A stretch of DNA of 64,000 nt. Source: the human T2T-CHM13v2.0 reference genome, Homo sapiens. The stretch lies in assembly GCF_009914755.1 (NCBI RefSeq), contig NC_060929.1. The stretch is one strand, 5' to 3'. Every line of letters starts with the position of its first letter. Within the stretch, counting starts at the first letter, position 1. The notes beneath the pieces were generated by a model. That model was not told the origin of the DNA. It ran no database searches and was given only the letters and a program-made list of their open reading frames with translations. The position numbers were made by a program, and so were the translations under genes. Shown here piece by piece: positions 25,101-37,100 of this stretch.

Positions 25101-28100
25101 GCTCTATCAAAAGAAAGGTTCAACGCTGTGAGTTGAATCCACATAACACGAAAAAGCTTCTGAGAATGCCTCTATCTACTTTTTATGTGAAGATATTCCG
25201 GTTTCCAACGAAGGCCTCAAAGCGCTCCAAATATCTACTGGCAGATTCTAGAAAAAGAGTGTTTCAAAACTACTCTATTAAAGGAAGGTTCAACTCTGTG
25301 AGTTGAATTCACACATCACAAAGAACTTTCTGACAATGCTTCTATCTAGTTTTTATGTGATGATATTACTGTTTCCGATGAAGGCCTCAAAGTGGTCCGA
25401 ATATCCACTTGCAGATTCTACAAAAAGAGGTTTTCAAAACTGCTCTATGAAGAGGTATGTTCAACTCTGTGAGTTGAATGCAAACATCACAAAGCAGTTT
25501 TTGAGAATGCTTCTGTCTAGTTTTTAGGGGCAGATATTTCCATTGGCACAATAGCCTTCAAAGCGCTCCAAATATCCACTGGCAGATTCTACCAAAAGAG
25601 TGATTCAAAACTGCTCTGTGAAAAGAAACGTTCAACTGTGTTAGTTGATTGCCCACATCAGAGAGAAGATTCTGAGAATATTTCTGTCTAGTTTTTATTA
25701 GAAGATATTCCCGTTTCCACCAAAGGACACAAAGCGATGCCAACTATCCGCTTGCAGATCTTACAAAACCACGTTTCAAAACTGCTCTATCAAAGGAAAG
25801 GTTCATCTCTCTGGGTTCAACGCACACATCACAAAGAAGTCTCTGAGAATGCTTCTGGCTACTTTGTGTGTGAAGATATTCCCATTTCCAACAAAGGCTT
25901 CAAAGCCCTCCAAATATTCACCTGCAATTGTACAAAAGAGTGTTTCAAAACTGTTCTATCAAAAGGAAGGTTCAACTCTGTGAGTTGAATGCACGCTTCA
26001 CATAAATGGTTCTGAGAATGCTTCTTTCTAGTTTTTATGTGAAGATATTTCCTTCTCCACCATAGCCCTCAAAGCGCTCCAAGTGTCCGCTGGCAGATTC
26101 CACAGAAACAGTGTTTCAAAACTGCTCTAACAAAAGAAAGATTCAACTCCGTGATTTCAATGCACACATCACAAAGCATTTTCTGTGAATCCTTCTGTCT
26201 AGTTTTTATATGAGGATATTTCCTTTTCTACCATGGGAATCCAAGCGTTCCAATTCTCCAATTGTAGATTGCACAAACAGAGTGTTTCAAAACTGCTCCA
26301 TGAGAAGGAAGATTCAAATTTGGGAGTACAATGCACACATCACGAAGAAGTTTCTGAGAATGCTTCTGTCCAGTTTACATGTGAAGATATTCCCGTTTCC
26401 AGCAAAGGTCTCAAAGCGGTCCAAATATCCACTTGCGGATCCCACAAACAGAGTGTTTCAAAACTGCTCTACGGAAAGGTATGTTCAAATCTGTGAGTTT
26501 ACTGCAAACATCCTAAAGAAGTTTCTGGGAATGCTGCTGTCTAGTTTAATGTGAATATATTTTCTTTTCCGCCATAGCCCTCAAAGAGCTCCAAATATCC
26601 ACTTTCAGATTCTACAGAGTGTTTCAAAACTGCTCTATCAAAAAAAAAGTTTCAACTCGGTGAGTCGAATGCACATATCACAAAGCAGTTTCTGAGAATT
26701 CTTTCGTCTTTTTTTCCCAGGAAGATATTTCCTTTTGGACCGTAGGCCTCAAATCGCTCCAGATATCCACATGCAGATTCTACAAAAAGAGTGTTTCCAA
26801 ACTGCCCTATCAAAAGGAAGGTTCAACTCTGGTAGTTGAATGCAAACATCACAAAGAAGTTTCTCAGAATGCTTCTGTCTAGTTGTCATAGGCAGATATT
26901 TCTTTTTCTACCATAGGCCTCAAAGCGCTCCAAATATCCACTTGCAGATTCTCCGAAAACAGTGTTTCAAAACTGCTCCATAAAAAGGAAGGTTCAACTC
27001 TGTGAGTTGAATGGACAGACCACAAAGAAGTTTCTGAGAATGCTTCTGTCTAGTGTTTATGTGAAGATATTCCCGTTTCCGATGAAGGCCTCAAAGCAGT
27101 CCAAATATCCACTTGCAGATTCTGCAAAAATAGTGCTTCAAAACTACCCTATGGAAAGGTATGTTCAACACTGTGAGATGAATGCAAACGTCACAAAGAA
27201 GTTGATGAGAATGCTTCAGTCTAGTTTCTATGGGAAGACATTTCCTTTTGCACCACAGCCCTCAAAGCACTCCAAATGTCTACTTGCAGATTCGATAAAA
27301 GAGTTTTACAAAACTGCTCTATCAAAAGAAAGGTTCAACGCTGTGAGTTGAATCCACATAACACGAAAAAGTTTCTGAGAATGCCTCTATCTACTTTTTA
27401 TGTGAAGATATTCCGGTTTCCAACGAAGGCCTCAAAGCGCTCCAAATATCTACTGGCAGATTCTAGAAAAAGAGTGTTTAAAACTGCTCTATTAAAGGAA
27501 GGTTCAACTCTGTGAGTTGAATTCACACATCACAAAGAACTTTCTGACAATGCTTCTATCTAGTTTTTATGTGATGATATTACTGTTTCCGATGAAGGCC
27601 TCAAAGTGGTCCGAATATCCACTTGCAGATTCTACAAAAAGAGGTTTTCAAAACTGCTCTATGAAGAGGTATGTTCAACTCTGTGAGTTGAATGCAAACA
27701 TCACAAAGCAGTTTTTGAGAATGCTTCTGTCTAGTTTTTAGGGGCAGATATTTCCATTGGCACAATAGTCTTCAAAGCGCTCCAAATATCCACTGGCAGA
27801 TTCTACCAAAAGAGTGTTTCAAAACTGCTCTGTGAAAAGAAACGTTCAACTGTGTTAGTTGAATGCCCACATCACAAAGAAGATTCTGAGAATATTTCTG
27901 TCTAGTTTTTATTAGAAGATATTCCCGTTTCCACCAAAGGACACAAAGCGAAGCCAACTATCCGCTTGCAGATCTTACAAAAACACGTTTCAAAACTGCT
28001 CTATCAAAGGAAAGGTTCATCTCTCTGGGTTCAACGCACACATCACAAAGAAGTCTCTGAGAATGCTTCTGGCTACTTTGTGTGTGAAGATATTCCCATT

Positions 28101-31100
28101 TCCAACAAAGGCTTCAAAGCCCTCCAAATATTCACCTGCAATTGTACAAAAGAGTGTTTCAAAACTGTTCTATCAAAAGGAAGGTTCAACTCTGTGAGTT
28201 GAATGCACGCTTCACATAAATGGTTCTGAGAATGCTTCTTTCTAGTTTTTATGTGAAGATATTTCCTTCTCCACCATAGCCCTCAAAGCGCTCCAAGTGT
28301 CCGCTGGCAGATTCCACAGAAACAGTGTTTCAAAACTGCTCTAACAAAAGAAAGATTCAACTCCGTGATTTCAATGCACACATCACAAAGCATTTTCTGT
28401 GAATCCTTCTGTCTAGTTTTTATATGAGGATATTTCCTTTTCTACCATGGGAATCCAAGCGTTCCAATTCTCCAATTGTAGATTGCACAAACAGAGTGTT
28501 TCAAAACTGCTCCATGAGAAGGAAGATTCAAATTTGGGAGTACAATGCACACATCACGAAGAAGTTTCTGAGAATGCTTCTGTCCAGTTTACATGTGAAG
28601 ATATTCCCGTTTCCAGCAAAGGTCTCAAAGCGGTCCAAATATCCACTTGCGGATCCCACAAACAGAGTGTTTCAAAACTGCTCTACGGAAAGGTATGTTC
28701 AAATCTGTGAGTTTACTGCAAACATCCTAAAGAAGTTTCTGGGAATGCTGCTGTCTAGTTTAATGTGAATATATTTTCTTTTCCGCCATAGCCCTCAAAG
28801 AGCTCCAAATATCCACTTTCAGATTCTACAGAGTGTTTCAAAACTGCTCTATCAAAAAAAAAGTTTCAACTCGGTGAGTCGAATGCACATATCACAAAGC
28901 AGTTTCTGAGAATTCTTTCGTCTTTTTTTCCCAGGAAGATATTTCCTTTTGGACCGTAGGCCTCAAATCGCTCCAGATATCCACATGCAGATTCTACAAA
29001 AAGAGTGTTTCCAAACTGCCCTATCAAAAGGAAGGTTCAACTCTGGTAGTTGAATGCAAACATCACAAAGAAGTTTCTCAGAATGCTTCTGTCTAGTTGT
29101 CATAGGCAGATATTTCTTTTTCTACCATAGGCCTCAAAGCGCTCCAAATATCCACTTGCAGATTCTCCGAAAACAGTGTTTCAAAACTGCTCCATAAAAA
29201 GGAAGGTTCAACTCTGTGAGTTGAATGGACAGACCACAAAGAAGTTTCTGAGAATGCTTCTGTCTAGTGTTTATGTGAAGATATTCCCGTTTCCGATGAA
29301 GGCCTCAAAGCAGTCCAAATATCCACTTGCAGATTCTGCAAAAATAGTGCTTCAAAACTACCCTATGGAAAGGTATGTTCAACACTGTGAGATGAATGCA
29401 AACGTCACAAAGAAGTTGATGAGAATGCTTCAGTCTAGTTTCTATGGGAAGACATTTCCTTTTGCACCACAGCCCTCAAAGCACTCCAAATGTCTAATTG
29501 CAGATTCGATAAAAGAGTTTTACAAAACTGCTCTATCAAAAGAAAGGTTCAACGCTGTGAGTTGAATCCACATAACACGAAAAAGTTTCTGAGAATGCCT
29601 CTATCTACTTTTTATGTGAAGATATTCCGGTTTCCAACGAAGGCCTCAAAGCGCTCCAAATATCTACTGGCAGATTCTAGAAAAAGAGTGTTTAAAACTG
29701 CTCTATTAAAGGAAGGTTCAACTCTGTGAGTTGAATTCACACATCACAAAGAACTTTCTGACAATGCTTCTATCTAGTTTTTATGTGATGATATTACTGT
29801 TTCCGATGAAGGCCTCAAAGTGGTCCGAATATCCACTTGCAGATTCTACAAAAAGAGGTTTTCAAAACTGCTCTATGAAGAGGTATGTTCAACTCTGTGA
29901 GTTGAATGCAAACATCACAAAGCAGTTTTTGAGAATGCTTCTGTCTAGTTTTTAGGGGCAGATATTTCCATTGGCACAATAGTCTTCAAAGCGCTCCAAA
30001 TATCCACTGGCAGATTCTACCAAAAGAGTGTTTCAAAACTGCTCTGTGAAAAGAAATGTTCAACTGTGTTAGTTGAATGCCCACATCACAAAGAAGATTC
30101 TGAGAATATTTCTGTCTAGTTTTTATTAGAAGATATTCCCGTTTCCACCAAAGGACACAAAGCGAAGCCAACTATCCGCTTGCAGATCTTACAAAAACAC
30201 GTTTCAAAACTGCTCTATCAAAGGAAAGGTTCATCTCTCTGGGTTCAATGCACACATCACAAAGAAGTTTCTGAGAATGCTTCTGGCTAGTTTGTGTGTG
30301 AAGATATACCCATTTCCAACAAAGGCTTCAAAGCCCTCCAAATATTCACCTGCAATTGTTCAAAAGAGTGTTTCAAAACTGTTCTATCAAAAGGAAGGTT
30401 CAACTCTGTGAGTTGAATGCACGCTTCACATAAATGGTTCTGAGAATGCTTCTTTCTAGTTTTTATGTGAAGATATTTCCTTCTCCACCATAGCCCTCAA
30501 AGCGCTCCAAGTGTCCGCTGGCAGATTCCACAGAAACAGTGTTTCAAAACTGCTCTAACAAAAGAAAGATTCAACACCGTGATTTGAATGCACACATCAC
30601 AAAGCATTTTCTGTGAATCCTTCTGTCTAGTTTTTATATGAGGATATTTCCTTTTCTACCACGGGCATGCAAGCGTTCCAATTCTCCAATTGTAGATTGC
30701 ACAAACAGAGTGTTTCAAAACTGCTCCATGAGAAGGAAGATTCAAATTTGGGAGAACAATGCACACATCACGAAGAAGTTTCTGAGAATGCTTCTGTCTA
30801 GTTTACATGTGAAGATATTCCCGTTTCCAGCAAAGGTCTCAAAGCGGTCCAAATATCCACTTGCGGATCCCACAAACAGAGTGTTTCAAAACTGCTCTAC
30901 GGAAAGGTATGTTCAAATCTGTGAGTTTACTGCAAACATCCTAAAGAAGTTTCTGGGAATGCTGCTGTCTAGTTTAATGTGAATATATTTTCTTTTCCGC
31001 CATAGCCCTCAAAGAGCTCCAAATATCCACTTTCAGATTCTACAGAGTGTTTCAAAACTGCTCTATCAAAAAAAAGTTTCAACTCGGTGAGTCGAATGCA

Positions 31101-34100
31101 CATATCACAAAGCAGTTTCTGAGAATTCTTTCGTCTTTTTTTCCCAGGAAGATATTTCCTTTTGGACCGTAGGCCTCAAATCACTCCAGATATCCACATG
31201 CAGATTCTACAAAAAGAGTGTTTCCAAACTGCCCTATCAAAAGGAAGGTTCAACTCTGGTAGTTGAATGCAAACATCACAAAGAAGTTTCTCAGAATGCT
31301 TCTGTCTATTTGTCATAGGCAGATATTTCTTTTTCTACCATAGGCCTCAAAGCGCTCCAAATATCCACTTGCAGATTCTCCAAAAACAGTGTTTCAAAAC
31401 TGCTCCATAAAAAGGAAGGTTCAACTCTGTGATTTGAATGGACAGACCACAAAGAAGTTTCTGAGAATGCTTCTGTCTAGTGTTTATGTGAAGATATTCC
31501 CGTTTCCGATGAAGGCCTCAAAGCAGTCCAAATATCCACTTGCAGATTCTACAAAAATAGTGCTTCAAAGCTACCCTATGGAAAGGTATGTTCAACACTG
31601 TGAGATGAATGCAAACATCACAAAGAAGTTGCTGAGAATGCTTCAGTCTAGTTTCTATGGGAAGACATTTCCTTTTGCACCACAGCCTTCAACGCACTCC
31701 AAATGTCTACTTGCAGATTCGATAAAAGAGTTTTACAAAACTGCTCTATCAAAAGAAAGGTTCAACGCTGTGAGTTGAATCCACATATCACGAAAAAGTT
31801 TCTGAGAATGCCTCTATCTACTTTTTATGTGAAGATATTCCGGTTTCCAACGAAGGCCTCAAAGCGCTCCAAATATCTACTGGCAGATTCTAGAAAAAGA
31901 CTGTTTCAAAACTGCTCTATTAAAGGAAGGTTCAACTCTGTGAGTTGAATTCACACATCACAAAGAACTTTCTGACAATCCTTCTATCTAGTTTTTATGT
32001 GATGATATTACTGTTTCCTATGAAGGCCTCAAAGTGGTCCGAATATCCACTTGCAGATTCTACAAAAAGAGGTTTTCAAAACTGCTCTATGAAGAGGTAT
32101 GTTCAACTCTGTCAGTTGAATGCAAACATCCCAAAGCAGTTTCTGAGAATGCTTCTGTCTAGTTTTTAGGGGCAGATATTTCCATTGGCACAATAGCCCT
32201 CAAAGCGCTCCCAATATCCACTGGCAGATTCTACCAAAAGAGTGTTTCAAAACTGCTCTGTGAAAAGAAACGTTCAACTCTGTTAGTTGAATGCCCACAT
32301 TAAAAAAGAAGATTCTGAGAATATTTCTGTCTAGTTTTTATTAGAAGATATTCCCGTTTCCACCAAAGGACACAAAGCGAAGCCAACTATCCGCTTGCAG
32401 ATCTTACAAAAACACGTTTCAAAACTGCTCTATCAAAGGAAAGGTTCATCTCTCTGGGTTCAACGCACACATCACAAAGAAGTTTCTGAGAATGCTTCTG
32501 GCTAGTTTGTGTGTGAAGATATTCCCATTTCCAACAAAGGCTTCAAAGAACTCCAAATATTCACCTGCAATTGTTCAAAAGAGTGTTTCAAAACTGTTCT
32601 ATCAAAAGGAAGGTTCAACTCTGTGAGTTGAATGCACGCTTCACATAAATGGTTCTGAGAATGCTTCTTTCTAGTTTTTATGTGAAGATATTTCCTTCTC
32701 CACCATAACCCTCAAAGCGCTCCAAGTGTCCGCTGGCAGATTCCACAGAAACAGTGTTTCAAAACTGCTCTAACAAAAGAAAGATTCAACTCCGTGATTT
32801 GAATGCACACATCACAAAGCATTTTCTGTGAATCCTTCTGTCTAGTTTTTATATGAGGATATTTCCTTTTCTACCACGGGCATCCAAGCGTTCGAATTCT
32901 CCAATTGTAGATTGCACAAACAGAGTGTTTCAAACCTTCTCCATGAGAAGGAAGATTCAAATTTGGGAGAACAATGCACACATCACGAAGAAGTTTCTGA
33001 GAATGCTTCTGTCTAGTTTACATGTGAAGATATTCCCGTTTCCAGCAAAGGTCTCAAAGCGGTCCAAATATCCACTTGCGGATCCCACAAACAGAGTGTT
33101 TCAAAACTGCTCTACGGAAAGGTATGTTCAACTCTGTGAGTTTACTGCAAACATCCTAAAGAAGTTTCTGGGAATGCTGCTGTCTAGTTTAATGTGAATA
33201 TATTTTCTTTTCCGCCATAGCCCTCAAAGAGCTCCAAATATCCACTTTCAGATTCTACAGAGTGTTTCAAAACTGCTCTATCCAAAAAAAGTTTCAAATC
33301 GGTGAGTCGAATGCACATATCACAAAGCAGTTTCTGAGAATGCTTTCGTCTATTTTTCCCAGGAAGATATTTCCTTTTGGACCGTAGGCCTCAAATCGCT
33401 CCAGATATCCACATGCAGATTCTACAAAAAGAGTGTTTCCAAACTGCCCTATCAAAAGGAAGGTTCAACTCTGGTAGTTGAATGCAAACATCACAAAGAA
33501 GTTTCTCAGAATGCTTCTGTCTAGTTGTCATAGGCAGATATTTCTTTTTCTACCATAGGCCTCAAAGCGCTCCAAATATCCACTTGCAGATTCTCCGAAA
33601 ACAGTGTTTCAAAACTGCTCCATAAAAAGGAAGGTTCAACTCTGTGAGTTGAATGGACAGACCACAAAGAAGTTTCTGAGAATGCTTCTCTCTAGTGTTT
33701 ATGTGAAGATATTCCCGTTTCCGATGAAGGCCTCAAAGCAGTCCAAATATCCACTTGCAGATTCTACAAAAATAGTGCTTCAAAACTACCCTATGGAAAG
33801 GTATGTTCAACACTGTGAGATGAATGCAAACGTCACAAAGAAGTTGCTGAGAATGCTTCAGTCTAGTTTCTATGGGAAGACATTTCCTTTTGCACCACAG
33901 CCCTCAAAGCACTCCAAATGTCTACTTGCAGATTCGATAAAAGAGTTTTACAAAACTGCTCTATCAAAAGAAAGGTTCAACGCAGTGAGTTGAATCCACA
34001 TAACACGAAAAAGTTTCTGAGAATGCCTCTATCTGCTTTTTATGTGAAGATATTCCGGTTTCCAACGAAGGCCTCAAAGCGCTCCAAATATCTACTGGCA

Positions 34101-37100
34101 GATTCTAGAAAAAGAGTGTTTCAAAACTGCTCTATTAAAGGAAGGTTCAACTCTGTGAGTTGAAGTCACACATCACAAAGAACTTTCTGACAATGCTTCT
34201 ATCTAGTTTTTATGTGATGATATTACTGTTTCCTATGAAGGCCTCAAAGTGGTCCGAATATCCACTTGCAGATTCTACAAAAAGAGGTTTTCAAAACTGC
34301 TCTATGAAGAGGTATGTTCAACTCTGTGAGTTGAATGCAAACATCACAAAGCAGTTTCTGAGAATGCTTCTGTCTAGTTTTTAGGGGCAGATATTTCCAT
34401 TGGCACAATAGCCCTTCAAAGCGCTCCAAATATCCACTGGCAGATTCTACCAAAAGAGTGTTTCAAAACTGCTCTGTGAAAAGAAACGTTCAACTGTGTT
34501 AGCTGAATGCCCACATCACAAAGAAGATTCTGAGAATATTTCTGTCTAGTTTTTATTAGAAGATATTCCCGTTTCCACCAAAGGACACAAAGCGAAGCCA
34601 ACTATCCGCTTGCAGATCTTACAAAAACACGTTTCAAAACTGCTCTATCAAAGGAAAGGTTCATCTCTCTGGGTTCAACGCACACATCACAAAGAAGTTT
34701 CTGAGAATGCTTCTGGCTAGTTTGTGTGTGAAGATATTCCCATTTCCAACAAAGGCTTCAAAGCCCTCCAAATATTCACCTGCAATTGTTCAAAAGAGTG
34801 TTTCAAAACTGTTCTATCAAAAGGAAGGTTCAACTCTGTGAGTTGAATGCACGCTTCACATAAATGGTTCTGAGAATGCTTCTTTCTAGTTTTTATGTGA
34901 AGATATTTCCTTCTCCACCATAGCCCTCAAAGTGCTCCAAGTGTCCGCTGGCAGATTCCACAGAAACAGTGTTTCAAAACTGCTCTAACAAAAGAAAGAT
35001 TCAACTCCGTGATTTGAATGCACACATCACAAAGCATTTTCTGTGAATCCTTCTGTCTAGTTTTTATATGAGGATATTTCCTTTTCTACCACGGGCATCC
35101 AAGCGTTCCAATTCTCCAATTGTAGATTGCACAAACAGAGTGTTTCAAAACTGCTCCATGAGAAGGAAGATTCAAATTTGGGAGTACAATGCACACATCA
35201 CGAAGAAGTTTCTGAGAATGCTTCTGTCCAGTTTATATGTGAAGATATTCCCGTTTCCAACAAAGGTCTCAAAGCGGTCCAAATATCCACTTGCGGATCC
35301 CACAAACAGAGTGTTTCAAAACTGCTCTACGGAAAGGTATGTTCAACTCTGTGAGTTTACTGCAAACATCCTAAAGAAGTTTCTGGGAATGCTGCTGTCT
35401 AGTTTAATGTGAATATATTTTCTTTTCCGCCATAGCCCTCAAAGAGCTCCAAATATCCACTTTCAGATTCTACAGAGTGTTTCAAAACTGCTCTATCCAA
35501 AAAAAGTTTCAACTCGGTGAGTCGAATGCACATATCACAAAGCAGTTTCTGAGAATGCTTTCGTCTATTTTTCCCAGGAAGATATTTCCTTTTGGACCGT
35601 AGGCCTCAAATCGCTCCAGATATCCACATGCAGATTCTACAAAAAGAGTGTTTCCAAACTGCCCTATCAAAAGGAAGGTTCAACTCTGGTAGTTGAATGC
35701 AAACATCACAAAGAAGTTTCTCAGAATGCTTCTGTCTAGTTGTCATAGGCAGATATTTCTTTTTCTACCATAGGCCTCAAAGCGCTCCAAATATCCACTT
35801 GCAGATTCTCCGAAAACAGTGTTTCAAAACTGCTCCATAAAAAGGAAGGTTCAACTCTGTGAGTTGAATGGACAGACCACAAAGAAGTTTCTGAGAATGC
35901 TTCTGTCTAGTGTTTATGTGAAGATATTCCCGTTTCCGATGAAGGCCTCAAAGCAGTCCAAATATCCACTTGCAGATTCTACAAAAATAGTGCTTCAAAA
36001 CTACCCTATGGAAAGGTATGTTCAACACTGTGAGATGAATGCAAACGTCACAAAGAAGTTGCTGAGAATGCTTCAGTCTAGTTTCTATGGGAAGACATTT
36101 CCTTTTGCACCACAGCCCTCAAAGCACTCCAAATGTCTACTTGCAGATTCGATAAAAGAGTTTTACAAAACTGCTCTATCAAAAGAAAGGTTCAACGCTG
36201 TGAGTTGAATCCACATATCACGAAAAAGTTTCTGAGAATGCCTCTATCTACTTTTTATGTGGAGATATTCCGGTTTCCAACGAAGGCCTCAAAGCGCTCC
36301 AAATATCTACTGGCAGATTCTAGAAAAAGAGTGTTTCAAAACTGCTCTATTAAAGGAAGGTTCAACTCTGTGAGTTGAATTCACACATCACAAAGAACTT
36401 TCTGACAATGTTTCTATCTAGTTTTTGTGTGATGATATTACTGTTTCCTATGAAGGCCTCAAAGTGGTCCGAATATCCACTTGCAGATTCTACAAAAAGA
36501 GGTTTTCAAAACTGCTCTATGAAGAGGTATGTTCAACTCTGTCAGTTGAATGCAAACATCACAAAGCAGTTTCTGAGAATGCTTCTGTCTAGTTTTTAGG
36601 GGCAGATATTTCCATTGGCACAATAGCCCTTCAAAGCGCTCCAAATATCCACTGGCAGATTCTACCAAAAGAGTGTTTCAAAACTGCTCTGTGAAAAGAA
36701 ACGTTCAACTGTGTTAGCTGAATGCCCACATCACAAAGAAGATTCTGAGAATATTTCTGTCTAGTTTTTATTAGAAGATATTCCCGTTTCCACCAAAGGA
36801 CACAAAGCGAAGCCAACTATCCGCTTGCAGATCTTACAAAAACACGTTTCAAAACTGCTCTATCAAAGGAAAGGTTCATCTCTCTGGGTTCAACGCACAC
36901 ATCACAAAGAAGTTTCTGAGAATGCTTCTGGCTAGTTTGTGTGTGAAGATATTCCCATTTCCAACAAAGGCTTCAAAGCCCTCCAAATATTCACCTGCAA
37001 TTGTTCAAAAGAGTGTTTCAAAACTGTTCTATCAAAAGGAAGGTTCAACTCTGTGAGTTGAATGCACGCTTCACATAAATGGTTCTGAGAATGCTTCTTT

